NCBI GenBank assembly: GCA_002269645.1
Contig: NIVC01001659.1
Span: forward strand, 1-64,000
From: Macrostomum lignano
Lineage: Eukaryota
Direction of reading: 5' to 3'
Length of the DNA: 64,000 bases
Shown here in pieces: positions 1-10,950 of this stretch. A program made the position numbers and the translations under genes. Each line of letters begins with the position of its first letter. Position 1 is the stretch's first letter. The notes below the pieces were generated by a model. It was not told the origin of the DNA. It made no database searches and was given only the letters and a program-made list of their open reading frames with translations.

Positions 1-345
1 CCCATGATAAAGCAGGGTGAGGGAGGTTGCTGTGCCCATGATAAAGCAGGGTGAGGGAGGTTGCTGTGCCATGATAAGGCAGTGAGGGAGGTTGCTGTGG
101 CCCATGATAAAGCAGGGTGAGGGGTTGCTGTGCCATGATAAAGCAGGGTGAGGGAGGTTGCTGTGGCCCATGATAAAGCAGAGTGAGGGAGGTTGCTGTG
201 CCCATGATAAAGCAGGGTGAGGTTTGCTGTGCCCATGATAAAGCAGGGTGAGGTTGCTGTGCCCATGATAAAGCAGGGTGAGGGAGGTTGCTGTGCCCAT
301 GATAAAGCAGGGTGAGGTTTGCTGTGCCCATGATAAAGCAGGGTA
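1..345. repeat. Minisatellite, ~35-38 bp unit (CCCATGATAAAGCAGGGTGAGGGAGGTTGCTGTG), probably intronic upstream of the GST exon
   Basis: About 10 imperfect tandem copies are directly visible from base 1. Confidence 0.9.
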
Positions 346-568
346 AAGCATGATATAAATTAATTTAAGTTATCCCAAAGTTTACACTATTGTTTACCAA
401 AGTCTTAAGTTAAATAGAGAGGAGTTTTGTAGAGGTAAATTCTGTATTCTGTTGGATGCACGGCGGGTGCTGGCATCTCTTACTGCACTTTTACAAGGCG
501 ACAGTAGAGCTGCAGCTGCAGCACTGAGGCTACTTCGGACTGATGTTGGCCGATATTTCACCTCCCAG

Positions 569-1088
569 GCGACTTCGAGCTGGGCCAGACGGCCACCATC
601 TGCCGCTACCTGGCCGAGAGGCTCGGCCTGCTGCCGATGGCGAGCCGGACCGCTGGCGGGCCGACCAGACCTGCGCCACCGTCATGGACTTCATCACGGA
701 GGGCCGGCTGGCCTTCCACGGCCGCAACTTCTACGAGTCGTACTTCGACCAGGAGGCGGAGACGCGGCCCTACATTGACTATTTTGAGCGGCACCGGCTG
801 CCCAAGTTCCTGCGCCACTTCGAGCAGGTGCTCAGCTTCAACGCGGCCAACTGGGACGCTTCTGGCGGCGGCCGGTTTGTCGTTGGCCGGCGGGTGACTT
901 ACTGCGACCTCTGCCTGCTGCACGTGCTGCGTGCTGCGGAGTCGCAGTTTCCGGCCGCCTGGGCCCGCAGCATCGGCGACTGTCCGAGGCTGGCCGAGTT
1001 CAAGGCCGGAATGGAGGACCGGCCGAGAGTTCGCGACTACCTGAGCTCGGCCAGGTGCAAGCCGTTTGAGGGAACAGCATGATGTGAT
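569..1088 (+). CDS. Last exon of a glutathione S-transferase-like gene, with two apparent 1-bp deletions (assembly error or pseudogene)
   Basis: Acceptor CTCCCAG|GC at 568/569. It reads GDFELGQTATICRYLAERLGLLP (GST N-domain end), shifts frame at ~635 to DGEPDRWRADQ...LPKFLRHFEQVL...GRRVTYCDLCLLHVL...PRVRDYLSSARCKPFEG (GST C-domain with the conserved T/S-x-x-D N-cap). A second shift at ~1072 would give FEGNSMM*. AATAAA at 1220-1225. Confidence 0.8.
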
Positions 1089-1424
1089 GGGGCCGGGCCA
1101 TCGGTACACTGCAGATGGATCATCGCTATAGACTACAGGCGTTCGATCTTTACTGCATTAATTTGCTCGTAGTTTTAATGCAATGAAGTGCAGCTTCTTG
1201 GTGATGGTGCTTTGTAACAAATAAAGGCAAGTTCGGTTGCTCAAATACTTGAATATTAGCGAATGTGAACATTAAAAGCATTTGATTGCTTGAAATTCAC
1301 CGAATTTCAGTTTCCTGATCACATGAAGTACAGCATCAAGATTGCTTCTTTATCGGGAATTGTTGGACCGCATTCGGCACTGAAGAGTTGGAACGAAGTC
1401 TAACTGAGCTTCTGGGTGCTACCG

Positions 1425-1890
1425 ACACCGCTCCTGACCTCCTTCAGTGGGCACCACCGCTCGTTCCTGACCTCCTTCAGTGGGCACCACCGCTCCCGAT
1501 CTCCTTCAGTGGGCATCACCGCTCCCGACCTCCTTCAGTGGGCATCACCGCTTCTGACCTCCTTCAGTGGGCCCACCGCTCCCGACCTCCTTCAGTGGGC
1601 ATCACCGCTTCTGACCTCCTTCAGTGGGCCCACCGCTCCCGACCTCCTTCAGTGGGCATCACCGCTCCCGACCTCCTTCAGTGGGCATCACCGCTCCCGA
1701 TCTCCTTCAGTGGGCATCACCGCTCCCGACCTCCTTCAGTGGGCATCACCGCTCCCGATCTCCTTCAGTGGCATCACCGCTCCCGATCTCCTTCAGTGGG
1801 CATCACCGCTTCTGACCTCCTTCAGTGGGCACCACCGCTCCTGACCTCCTTCAGTGGGCATCACCGCTTCTGACCTCCTTCAGTGGGCAC
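1425..1890. repeat. Minisatellite, ~29 bp unit (CCGCTCCCGACCTCCTTCAGTGGGCATCA)
   Basis: Visible tandem copies; they account for ORFs 1388-1873 and 1416-1844. Confidence 0.9.
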
Positions 1891-2392
1891 CAACACAAGC
1901 CTCAGCCTACAACGCTAGTCTTGTTCATACGCCAATGTGCGTTTCAAGCAAGACCCAGAAGGAATATATTGTGCACTAAAATGAAGTCAAGCAGACGCAC
2001 ATTGTCAGTCACTGTTTGTCATAAATTCCTCATGTTTTTATTTATTAATTATGTCTCCTTGAATTATGATCCATATTTATTTGAAAACATTCAACTAGAA
2101 TTATTTCCATCAAATTTTAATTGATAAGATCAGGGAAAAATCATGACGAACTTACAGGTAAAATTAGCACTTGGGATCATCTGTTGACTAAATTTCGTAT
2201 AGCGCGTTTGCAAAAGAAATTACTGGGAGTTTTTCTAGCCTTTTTGTGGTTTTTGTGGGGATTTTGCTGTCTAAGGACAGCATGCTTACACAGACTCAAG
2301 ATTTGGAGCTTTTGTTAATGCTGCTGTCTATGCGTGAGCAGTCTCTGATGGCGCTTGCTGTCTTTTGGCCAATAAGGATGAACTTGGCATGC

Positions 2393-3106
2393 TCAATGAT
2401 GATGTCCGTCGTGCATGCGATGGTCATGTCCATCGTGCAGATGATGGTCATGTCCGTCGTGCAGATGATGGTCATGTCCGTCGTGCAGATGATGGTCATG
2501 TCCGTCGTGCAGATGATGGTCATGTCCGTCGTGCAGATGATGGTCATGTCCGTCGTGCAGATGATGGTCATGTCCGTCGTGCAGATGATGGTCATGTCCG
2601 TCGTGCAGATGATGGTCATGTCCGTCGTGCGGATGATGGTCATGTCCGTCGTGCAGATGATGGTCATGTCCGTCGTGCAGATGATAGTCATGTCCGTCGT
2701 GCGGATGATGGTCATGTCCGTCATGCAGATGATGGTCATGTCCGTCATGCAGATGATGGTCATGTCCGTCGTGCAGATGATGGTCATGTCCGTCGTGCAG
2801 ATGATGGTCATGTCCGTCGTGCAGATGATGGTCATGTCCGTCGTGCAGATGATGGTCATGTCCGTCGTGCAGATGATGGTCATGTCCGTCGTGCAGATGA
2901 TGGTCATGTCCGTCGTGCAGATGATGGTCATGTCCGTCGTGCGGATGATGGTCATGTCCGTCATGCAGATGATGGTCATGTCCGTCTTGCCGGGTCCTCA
3001 GTTGATTCCTCAACAGCATTTCGCCAGCGCTGAGGGCCTCCGTGCTGACCGCCAGCGCTGCCAGGCTCGTCACAACGAATGTTAGGATTGCGATAGTCGA
3101 TGTCAT
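2393..3106 (-). CDS. Secreted His/Asp-rich repeat protein 1 (237 aa): signal peptide, LSAGEML motif, then 24 x DGHDHHLH
   Basis: ATG at 3106 begins a hydrophobic leader MTSTIAILTFVVTSLAALAVSTEA, in frame with a 24-nt repeat and ending at TGA 2395-2393. The leader aligns without gaps to the paralog at 5609-5974 (14/31 identical). Confidence 0.8.
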   Translation of the reverse strand: MTSTIAILTFVVTSLAALAVSTEALSAGEMLLRNQLRTRQDGHDHHLHDGHDHHPHDGHDHHLHDGHDHHLHDGHDHHLHDGHDHHLHDGHDHHLHDGHDHHLHDGHDHHLHDGHDHHLHDGHDHHLHDGHDHHPHDGHDYHLHDGHDHHLHDGHDHHPHDGHDHHLHDGHDHHLHDGHDHHLHDGHDHHLHDGHDHHLHDGHDHHLHDGHDHHLHDGHDHHLHDGHDHRMHDGHHH

Positions 3107-3595
3107 GCTGGCGGTTGATCGAGCTTGCTGGTACGATGCTGCAACTTGAGAGTATCTGCCCACCACTTGCTTTGGCTGTCGCTTGCTCACTAAACCTGAG
3201 AGGCTGCCCCAACCACCGCTCCGGCCTGTGGCCTCTTATGCTGTGTGCGGCAGTGACACTTTCGTCTGTGGCTGAAACCGTTGGCCTGTAGGCGCAATTT
3301 CTCAAGCTTAAGGCCTGAACTGTTATGCCGAGCGAAACTTTGGCCATAGACTATTATCTGCTTGTCCCAGCCCGCGTAGCTGAATCGCTGAATTCAGAAA
3401 AGTACAACGATTCAATATAGCTGGTAAGCATGCAAACAGTTTCGAAAAAGACTTTTTTGAGCGATCCATCTTGATCATTTAGTATCTGGGCCCGCTTGTA
3501 CTTTTAGTCAACATCAAGAATTCGCTTTTTTGTCATACTCGTAGATTTAAAGACTGGGTGGTTTTCCAAAAAATAGTGGCTAACAAATAAATCTG

Positions 3596-3860
3596 TCATT
3601 CTATCCACTGGTTCTTGCTTCTATCCACTGGTCTTTGCCTCTATCCACTGGTCCTTGCCTCTTATCCACTGTTCCTTGCCTCTATCCACTGGTCCTTACC
3701 TATATCCACTGGTCCTTACCTATATCCACTGGTCCTTACCTATATCCACTGGTCCTTATACCTATATCCACTGGTCCTTATACCTATATCCACTGGTCCT
3801 TATACCTATATCCACTGGTCCTTGCCTCTATCCACTGGTCTTTGCTTTTTCTATCCATAC
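3596..3860. repeat. Minisatellite, 20-22 bp unit (CTATCCACTGGTCCTTGCCT variants)
   Basis: Visible tandem copies. Confidence 0.9.
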
Positions 3861-3879
3861 AAGAACAACAAGAAAATGG

Positions 3880-5120
3880 GACAAAGCGCCGAGTGCGCGC
3901 CAGTCTTCGCCGGTAGGGTGCCTGCAGCGTCACCAGTAGCACCTGCATCACCGGCTGTGGGCAGTACCACTCAACGCGGATGATTTGGCCTGCCATGCAG
4001 ATTCGGCGATGGCACAAAAAGTTTGTCATGAATTTGTTTAATGAGGGACTGATTATTTCCTGATTTTTTATCTGCAGTCTTAACCTGAGCTGCAGGCGAA
4101 GCTAGCGTTTGACCTAAGCTGCGATATCATTGCACCGCAGGAGGTGTCTATCAAGGCTGACCTGGGACTTCACCATGAGGACCTGGGCGCTGGAGGGACT
4201 TTCGGGGCCGTATAGGAGTTGGAGCGCTGATCGAACCGAGACTGTCGCCTCGTCGTTCCGGCGACACTACAGCTGACGGGCGCAGAATGAGCTGCACGAA
4301 CTCTTCGCCGCGATCGTGAACGCGCTGACACTCCCGCTGCCAGACAATCCGACGCTGTCGGAGACACCGCCGGATACAGCCCGAGACGCCGTCGCCGGAA
4401 GAGGAGAGCTTTAGCATAGTCCCGGTAAGCACAGCCGACGTTTTGAGGCTTGCCCAATTGTCGCCGGGCAGGAAAGCGCTGGGTCCTGACGCTAGTTAAG
4501 TCGCCAGAGTAATGAACCGGCCGCGTGCTCTTCGGCGAGGATCGGCGCCCAACGAATGGACCACGGAATACATCGCAGCTATTCCTCAGAAGCCGCGCAT
4601 CACAACCTTGAGGAGTATCAGCTAGGGCATCTGCCTTCGGTCGTGGAGTAGTGGCGCAGATTCTGGCTTTTCGCTGAGGCATCGAAGAGGCGCGGATACG
4701 CTAGCAGATCCTGATGTTATCTTGGGGATTCGCAGATACAGATTCACAGATTTGTAGATTATGTATTCGTCGGTGGATAAGTACACGTGCTGCGCTCCCA
4801 ATAATGGTGCCAAATCAGCTGGTTTCCGCCATCATGGCGATGTGCTGTGACACGAAACTGCGTGTCAACACCGGAAGGCCAATCGAGACCGTTCTGCTTT
4901 ACAACGCCGAGGCTTCTGGACGCTGACAGCTGTAGACTGCTGTAGAGCTGTAGATCAAGCGGCGCACGCTGGCCTGCTACTCGTCGACTTCAAGATCGGC
5001 GACAAACGAGTTCCAACGCGTGCCCTGCACTGTATCATCGCACCGGCCCAGAGCGTCCAAGCGACCTGTTGTGCCATCGGCGACTCTAACTGGTTTTATG
5101 TTTCTGTCAATGGTCGTTCC
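3880..5120 (+). mobile_element. Degenerate, rearranged non-LTR retrotransposon (LINE; APE endonuclease and RT fragments)
   Basis: Fragments: ADDLA (RT YADD-like) at ~3976; DIIAPQEVSIKADLGLHHEDLGAG (APE endonuclease N-terminal QE motif) at 4123; VPNQLVSAIMAM at ~4805; ETVLLYNAE...AAHAGLL (post-RT region) at 4885. No continuous ORF. Confidence 0.7.
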
Positions 5121-5608
5121 TTCTATCAACTTATAACTAATCCTTTCCACCATCCCCAGCTCCATCAACAGTATTCAGGGCCTCGCGACTATGGCAATTT
5201 AAATATTATTTAAACGCAAGAACTGACACAGCATTTTTTTCTGATTTAAATTACAGATTTCTGATTTAATTTTCTCAATTTGCTTCAATTTTTTATTTAT
5301 TTCAAGTGCATCGATACCAGAATCAAAGCAAATAATTGGTTAGCTTCAACATGCACGACTGATTAGCAGTTTGATGTAATCATGCAACAGCGGACACTAG
5401 AATTGAAATAAAAGGCGGAAAGATGCTTAGATGAAGGTGCGATCAATATAGAGTTTTCTGTTGTGTTAGGATTATGATTTGTGTGTGGATAATTGGACTG
5501 ATTGGCTTACGCACAATAACAAGTGGATTAGAGGAAGCGGAATAAAACTTTGACATGCGAATGTCTTTCACGTTTCAGTCTTCTGGCTTGAATTCAGTGA
5601 CCACGATA

Positions 5609-5974
5609 TTAGTGATGCTGGTCGTCATGGTGGTGATGACCGTCATGATGATGGTGATGACCGTCATGATGATGGTGATGACCGACATGGTGGTGGTGAT
5701 GGTCGTCATGGTGATGGAGATGACCGTCATGGTGATGGTGATGACCGTCATGTTGGTGGTGATGGTCGTCGTGGTGGTGATAACCATCATAGTGGTGGCG
5801 ATGGCCTTCATGGTGGTGGTGATGACCGTCATGGTGGTGGTGATGGTCGTCATGGTGGTGGCCGTCATTGGCTAGTTCGAAGAGCATCTCGCCAGTACTG
5901 ATGGCGTCGGCCTTGGTCAGCAGGGCAGCGGCGCTCATCAGGCCGACTGCCAGAAGTGCGAAATACGAGCTCAT
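5609..5974 (-). CDS. Secreted His-rich repeat protein 2 (121 aa): signal peptide, ISTGEML motif, then ~13 degenerate DGHHHHH units
   Basis: Complete ORF from ATG 5974 to TAA 5611-5609. Leader MSSYFALLAVGLMSAAALLTKADA; 53 of the last 85 residues are His. Paralog of 2393-3106. Confidence 0.85.
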   Translation of the reverse strand: MSSYFALLAVGLMSAAALLTKADAISTGEMLFELANDGHHHDDHHHHHDGHHHHHEGHRHHYDGYHHHDDHHHQHDGHHHHHDGHLHHHDDHHHHHVGHHHHHDGHHHHHDGHHHHDDQHH

Positions 5975-6921
5975 TGCTGTAGCGGCGTTTCGGGTGGTCC
6001 TATGCCAGTGAAAAACGTGGTGCTCTCGTATCTAGCAGATTCGGAAATTAGCTCAAATGCTGCAGCTCTCACTTAAACTGCTGCGCTTGAGACTCAGCCC
6101 ATCGAACCTGTCTCCACAGTCCAGTTTTGTTTGTGTAAAAAACCCTGGCGTTGATGCCACAAATACGTCTATGGCAATGAAACGAAATTAACTAATGGCT
6201 TCTTTAAACAGATATTTGTTTTTTTCAATGTTTTTTCAATAGACTTTAAGAAGCAGCTCACCTGAGAACTGCTGATGTCCCCAATTGCTTAGTTGTATTA
6301 GATGTATGTACATTAGGCATGCAAAACCATTTGACAACAACAAACGCATGATTTGCTCATGAATTCGTACGCACTGTGCCAGTAAGCCAGATGGCCATTT
6401 ATGCACAGCTGAGTGTATTTTGCACACGCACCTTAAATACATAGAGTGGAGCTATGATGGGTGAATGATGATCATGTTCTGACTTTATCTTTCACTTAAT
6501 GACGAGGCTTTTCTCTAAATTTACTATATAAACCAGAATAATTGCATGGTTCTACAACAGTACCTGTGTGGGAAAATGACAACCATCAACTTAGCACAGC
6601 TGTATACAGTGTGCGTATTTTCAATTCACAAATATGAATTATTTGATAAATAATTATGAAGAATTTTCGCCATTTCGGGTAGCTACTGTATTCCTTATTT
6701 AATTATTTAGAGACAAGACAAGCCTCGAAGAATGAAATATAGCTCAAAAGAATCGGTAACATAGCTTCCATATTAGAAACTATAGAACACAGCAGTGAAA
6801 CGATAAATTTTCGTTCAAGAAACAGTTAGTTTTGAGCTTGGAAAAAGAAACAAGAAAAATTAAAAGTTTCAAACTGATTCTCACTGTTCTAGAATCGGGA
6901 ATAAGCCAATCCTGATAAGAT

Positions 6922-7028
6922 AACAATCAGAATCTGCTAGCGTATCCGCGCCTCTTCGATGACTTGACGAAAAGCCCGGATCTGCACCACTATACTCCAC
7001 GACATTAAGACAGTATAGGCAGATGCGC
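6922..7028 (-). mobile_element. Short inverted copy of the LINE-remnant segment at 4625-4715
   Basis: ATCAGAATCTGCTAGCGTATCCGCGCCTCTTCGATG...CTCCACGAC...GGCAGATGC matches the reverse complement of 4625-4715. Confidence 0.7.
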
Positions 7029-8698
7029 GCCCTGATAATCGTAGAAAATGAAAACATTTTGGTGGATTGTTTAGTATAGTAGGTAAACGGAGGGGAATAA
7101 TGGTAGACACTCGTGCGCTAACGCACAGCGATGGTTGAATGGATAAATAATTATATAATGGATATTATTATTTATCCATTAAAGTATAGTTACACACAAA
7201 GTATAGAGCGGTCACGTGCTGCGACCGCTGATTCTTTAGCATTGTTTTTCTGGATTGTTCTGCATAAAATGTGCAAACAACGATCGTCAAGTTGCTAAAC
7301 AAAACATTGCAATGCATAAAAATGTGAACAGCTATAGCTAAAAATGATCGTCAAGTTGCTAAACAATACATTGCAATGCATAAAAATGTGAATAGCTAGC
7401 TAATGATCGTCAAATTGCTCGAAAATGTATGAATAAAATCAAACACTTCATTCTCCAACATTTTTGAAACAATTGTCACCACATTTAAATTTTTTAAAAT
7501 CAAACAAAAATGAAAAACCAAGTCTGCTAATATACTTCTAGGCTTTCCAAAATTATAAGTAAAAGGTTTTAGGGCCTATCTATCTTTAAAAAATCATTCT
7601 TAAAATAAAATTATCAAAAAACGGAATTCAGTCAAATGCTGCTGCAGATTATGATCTTGGAATTCTTTGAATTCTTGTTAAAGGCATCAGAGGTCAGGAC
7701 ACATATTCTTTCCAATATATTTAATCCCCTTAGCATGTCATAATCTCTTAGGCTTAGCCGCGGCATAGGTACCTAATTCTGCAAAAGTTCTCACCAAGTT
7801 GGCAAATCGAAACAAAACAAAACTGAGTTGAAACCTATTCTATATCTTTTTACACATATCCCAACTACAGGCCTATGCGATCATACTCATACGTCATGAC
7901 TTAAAATATAGTAATAGAATGGCATGGGTGCAGTTGAATACGTCGTGCTACTTATTAAATAAATATCTGAGAAAACTCGTGGCGAGCTACCAATCTATTT
8001 GATATTTTACTAATCAGTCTTATTAAAGGTAGGCCTAGTAGGGTCAAGGTACTCGTACTCTAGGACTAGTGTTCCGCCGTAATTACGGATACGGTTACGG
8101 AAAACTACGGGGCGGGAACAAAACTGCCGTAATTTTGGTTACGGATTACGGTTATTGTTGAAAGGGGCAGTTACGGAACGACTACGGGATTACTGCCAGG
8201 AGGACGCTTTTCACGAATTTTGCCGGAACGTAATTGAATTTAAATTTTTTTAATACGAATTGTTGCATTTCTTTTTGCAAAGGTATAAAGTATAATATTC
8301 AAAAAATTAAATCTCTAAATTTTTTCCTGTCATGTTTAAAATGAAATACAAATTACCATGGTAGTTTGTTTAAATTGAAAAATAATGCTCGCATTTCAAA
8401 GTGACTTTGGGCCTTCCAATCCCTAATTACTCGATTGAATGAAGGCGATTCGTGAACGGCAACGGGAACGGGTGGTAAACCTGAAATGATTTATTGGATT
8501 GGGAATTAGCTATTAGATTTTTATAAACTTTAAATGTAAACTTTTTTGCTGTGTAGTTGGAGTTTTTAATTTTATACCCTATTTTTGTCTCGTTTTTGAG
8601 AAACAAGCACTCTATGATGTGATGTGTTTATGTTGCATATTGAAAATTAAATAGATATAAAATTGCCAGTTTTGAAGATCTCGACGATCTATGGGAAG

Positions 8699-9337
8699 AC
8701 CTGTATAACTTTCGCCGACACATCTTCAGACAGATCTTCCGACACTTTTTCGACACTTAAAATGTTGGAAAAAGTGTTGGAAAAAATGTCGTACCAGTTA
8801 ACTTTCACCGACACATCTTCAGACAGATCTTCTGACACTTTACGACACTTAAAATGTCGGAAAAAGTGTTGTAACAAAATTTTGAAGCAGTTGAAGAAAC
8901 AGTTCTTGTATCTTGTTCCATGAAGGGATCTTTAAAACAGGGAAACAGGGAAATGTTTCTCAAATCACAAACTTACATTTAATGGTTTGATCTACTATAT
9001 TTATCTGACTGAAGATTAATTTAAATGAATCTGTCATGTACTGCAGGCTGCTGCGTAGTGTGTACTTAACAAACATACATTACATGAATAGTAGGAGCTA
9101 CATGTACGTACATCACCTAGCTTTAAGAAGTGACATTTCAAGTGTTGGAAGATGTGTTGGCAGAATTTTAACCATACGACACTTTTTCAGACACTTTTTT
9201 GCAGTATTAATTTAAGTGTCGGAAAATATGTGTCAGCGAAGGTCAACTGTTACGACACTTTTTGCAACATTTTAAGTGTCGTAAAAAGTGTCGGAAGATC
9301 TATCTGAAAATGTGTCGGTGAAAGTTATAGTACAGGT
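8699..9337. mobile_element. Foldback/MITE element with long, internally repetitive TIRs and a 9-bp TSD (Mutator-like)
   Basis: Left end ACCTGTATAACTTTCGCCGACACATCTTCAGACAGATCTTCCGACAC is the reverse complement of the right end ...GTGTCGGAAGATCTATCTGAAAATGTGTCGGTGAAAGTTATAGTACAGGT. Flanks are TATGGGAAG (8690-8698) and TATGGAAAG (9338-9346). Confidence 0.8.
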
Positions 9338-9618
9338 TATGGAAAGGTAGTTTTTACATGTGGTACATGTTACGAATCTACATGTTTTTTTACATCATTT
9401 TCCTTACCATGTCTATTCCTAATTTTTGTTATATTACGGCTACAGTTACAGGAAACTAGGGGATTATAGAGAAGTGGGCACAAAATTGGCAGTAAAATAT
9501 AGGTACAGTTAGGCAACTTAATTTGTTATATGGCCAGAACTTTTGCATTGCTTGCACTTGCAAGTAGCTAATTATATGTTGCTAGAAAATATTTAGTAGG
9601 TAATGACAAATTGACAAC

Positions 9619-9820
9619 AAGGGATGGATCCAGAGAGGGAGAGCCAAGGGGTAGGGGGCCATGGCCATCATGGCCCCCGTCAGCTGCAGGCTGCAGCCAA
9701 AAAATTTGGTCATCTTTTGGCCTGCTACTATGCCAGGTCCCAGGTCTATTTTCTAATATGGGGTTGTAGTGCTTGGTATAGCTTGGCCCCCTCCTCAAAA
9801 ATTTTCTGGATCTGCACCTG
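9619..9820. mobile_element. Possible small MITE with GGATCCAGA...TCTGGATC ends
   Basis: AGGGATGGATCCAGAG at the left and TCTGGATCTGCACCTG at the right form an imperfect inverted repeat around a GC-richer island. TSD not identified. Confidence 0.4.
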
Positions 9821-10814
9821 ATGATAATAGGTTGGTTGTAATTTTGTATATAGTGTGTGAATGCCTTAAAAACGTATGCACTACACTCATTAACACTGTT
9901 CTCCCTTTAGGCTAGACAATCTATCAGAGCTAAAAATCCCTTATGATAATGAATTTTTTTCTAAAAAAAATTTTATTTCTGGCACAAATTTTCCTGAGTA
10001 TTGCAGTACATTAGACTTATGTCAGGGTTCTGGATAGTAGAGTAGTGTATACTAGAGCAAAAATCTTATTCTAAAGTTATAGTCCAGAAAATTATCAAAT
10101 AACTATAGTTTTCAGTGATAAAATTTTTTTAATATTTTTTTTATTTAATGTTGTTGATTTAATTGTGTAATTTTTTATCATTGACTCTTTCTTTAATACT
10201 AAATTTGTCTTAATTTTGCATAAAAATATCAATATTTTCATTATTCATATTAGTGTATTATGAGGTAGGCCTTATCTTAGCGATTGCTTGTTTCTTAGAA
10301 AGTAGTACGTTTTAAATTAGACTATTTTTGTTTTAATGCATATAATATTAGTAGTATTGTAAATATTATGAATATTATGAAATGTTATTTGTTTAAAATG
10401 AACTAAGAGGGGAGTATAAATACACGAGCTGAAACTGAAGGAGAGATACTTGCCTCGTTGCATGGCTTCAAAGCTTAAACTGTTCTAGTATCCTAAAATT
10501 GAAGCTTGATACTTATTGACTTAGTTATTTAGCAGCATTAGGATCCCCAAATTGGAAGAAACTTAGTCCGTTCTCAGAGAATGAGAAATCCTAGACTTAG
10601 AAGTCTAGTAACCCGCCTTTAGAAAGGCAGAAATCCTACCATAGGGTAGAGAAATCCAGGCTTAGAGTCTGAGAAACCCGCCTAAGGGCAGAATACCCAG
10701 CAAAGTGCGCTGTGACCCTCTGATCCCGGGAACGCCTAGGACTGAGAGAATAACATCTTTAGAGGAATATATAAGAATAGGATAGACAGTGCCTAAAAAG
10801 ACCGCTCAGGCCCG

Positions 10815-10950
10815 AAAGTGCAATAGAAGTACAGACGCTACCAATAAAAGTACATACAAAAGTGCAATAGAAGTACAGACGCTACCAATAAAAGTACATA
10901 CGAAAGTGCAATAGAAGTACAGACGCTACCAGTAAAAAGTACATGCGCTA
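10815..10950. repeat. Three tandem ~43 bp copies (AAAGTGCAATAGAAGTACAGACGCTACCAATAAAAGTACATAC)
   Basis: Directly visible. Confidence 0.8.

Noticed and set aside
2246-3085. + strand ORFs over the His-protein 1 repeat (VVQMMVMS and RADDGHVR repeats) and the minus-strand MTIICTTD frame
   Set aside because: These are stop-free by-products of the 24-nt repeat. Only the His frame is joined to a signal peptide conserved in the paralog.
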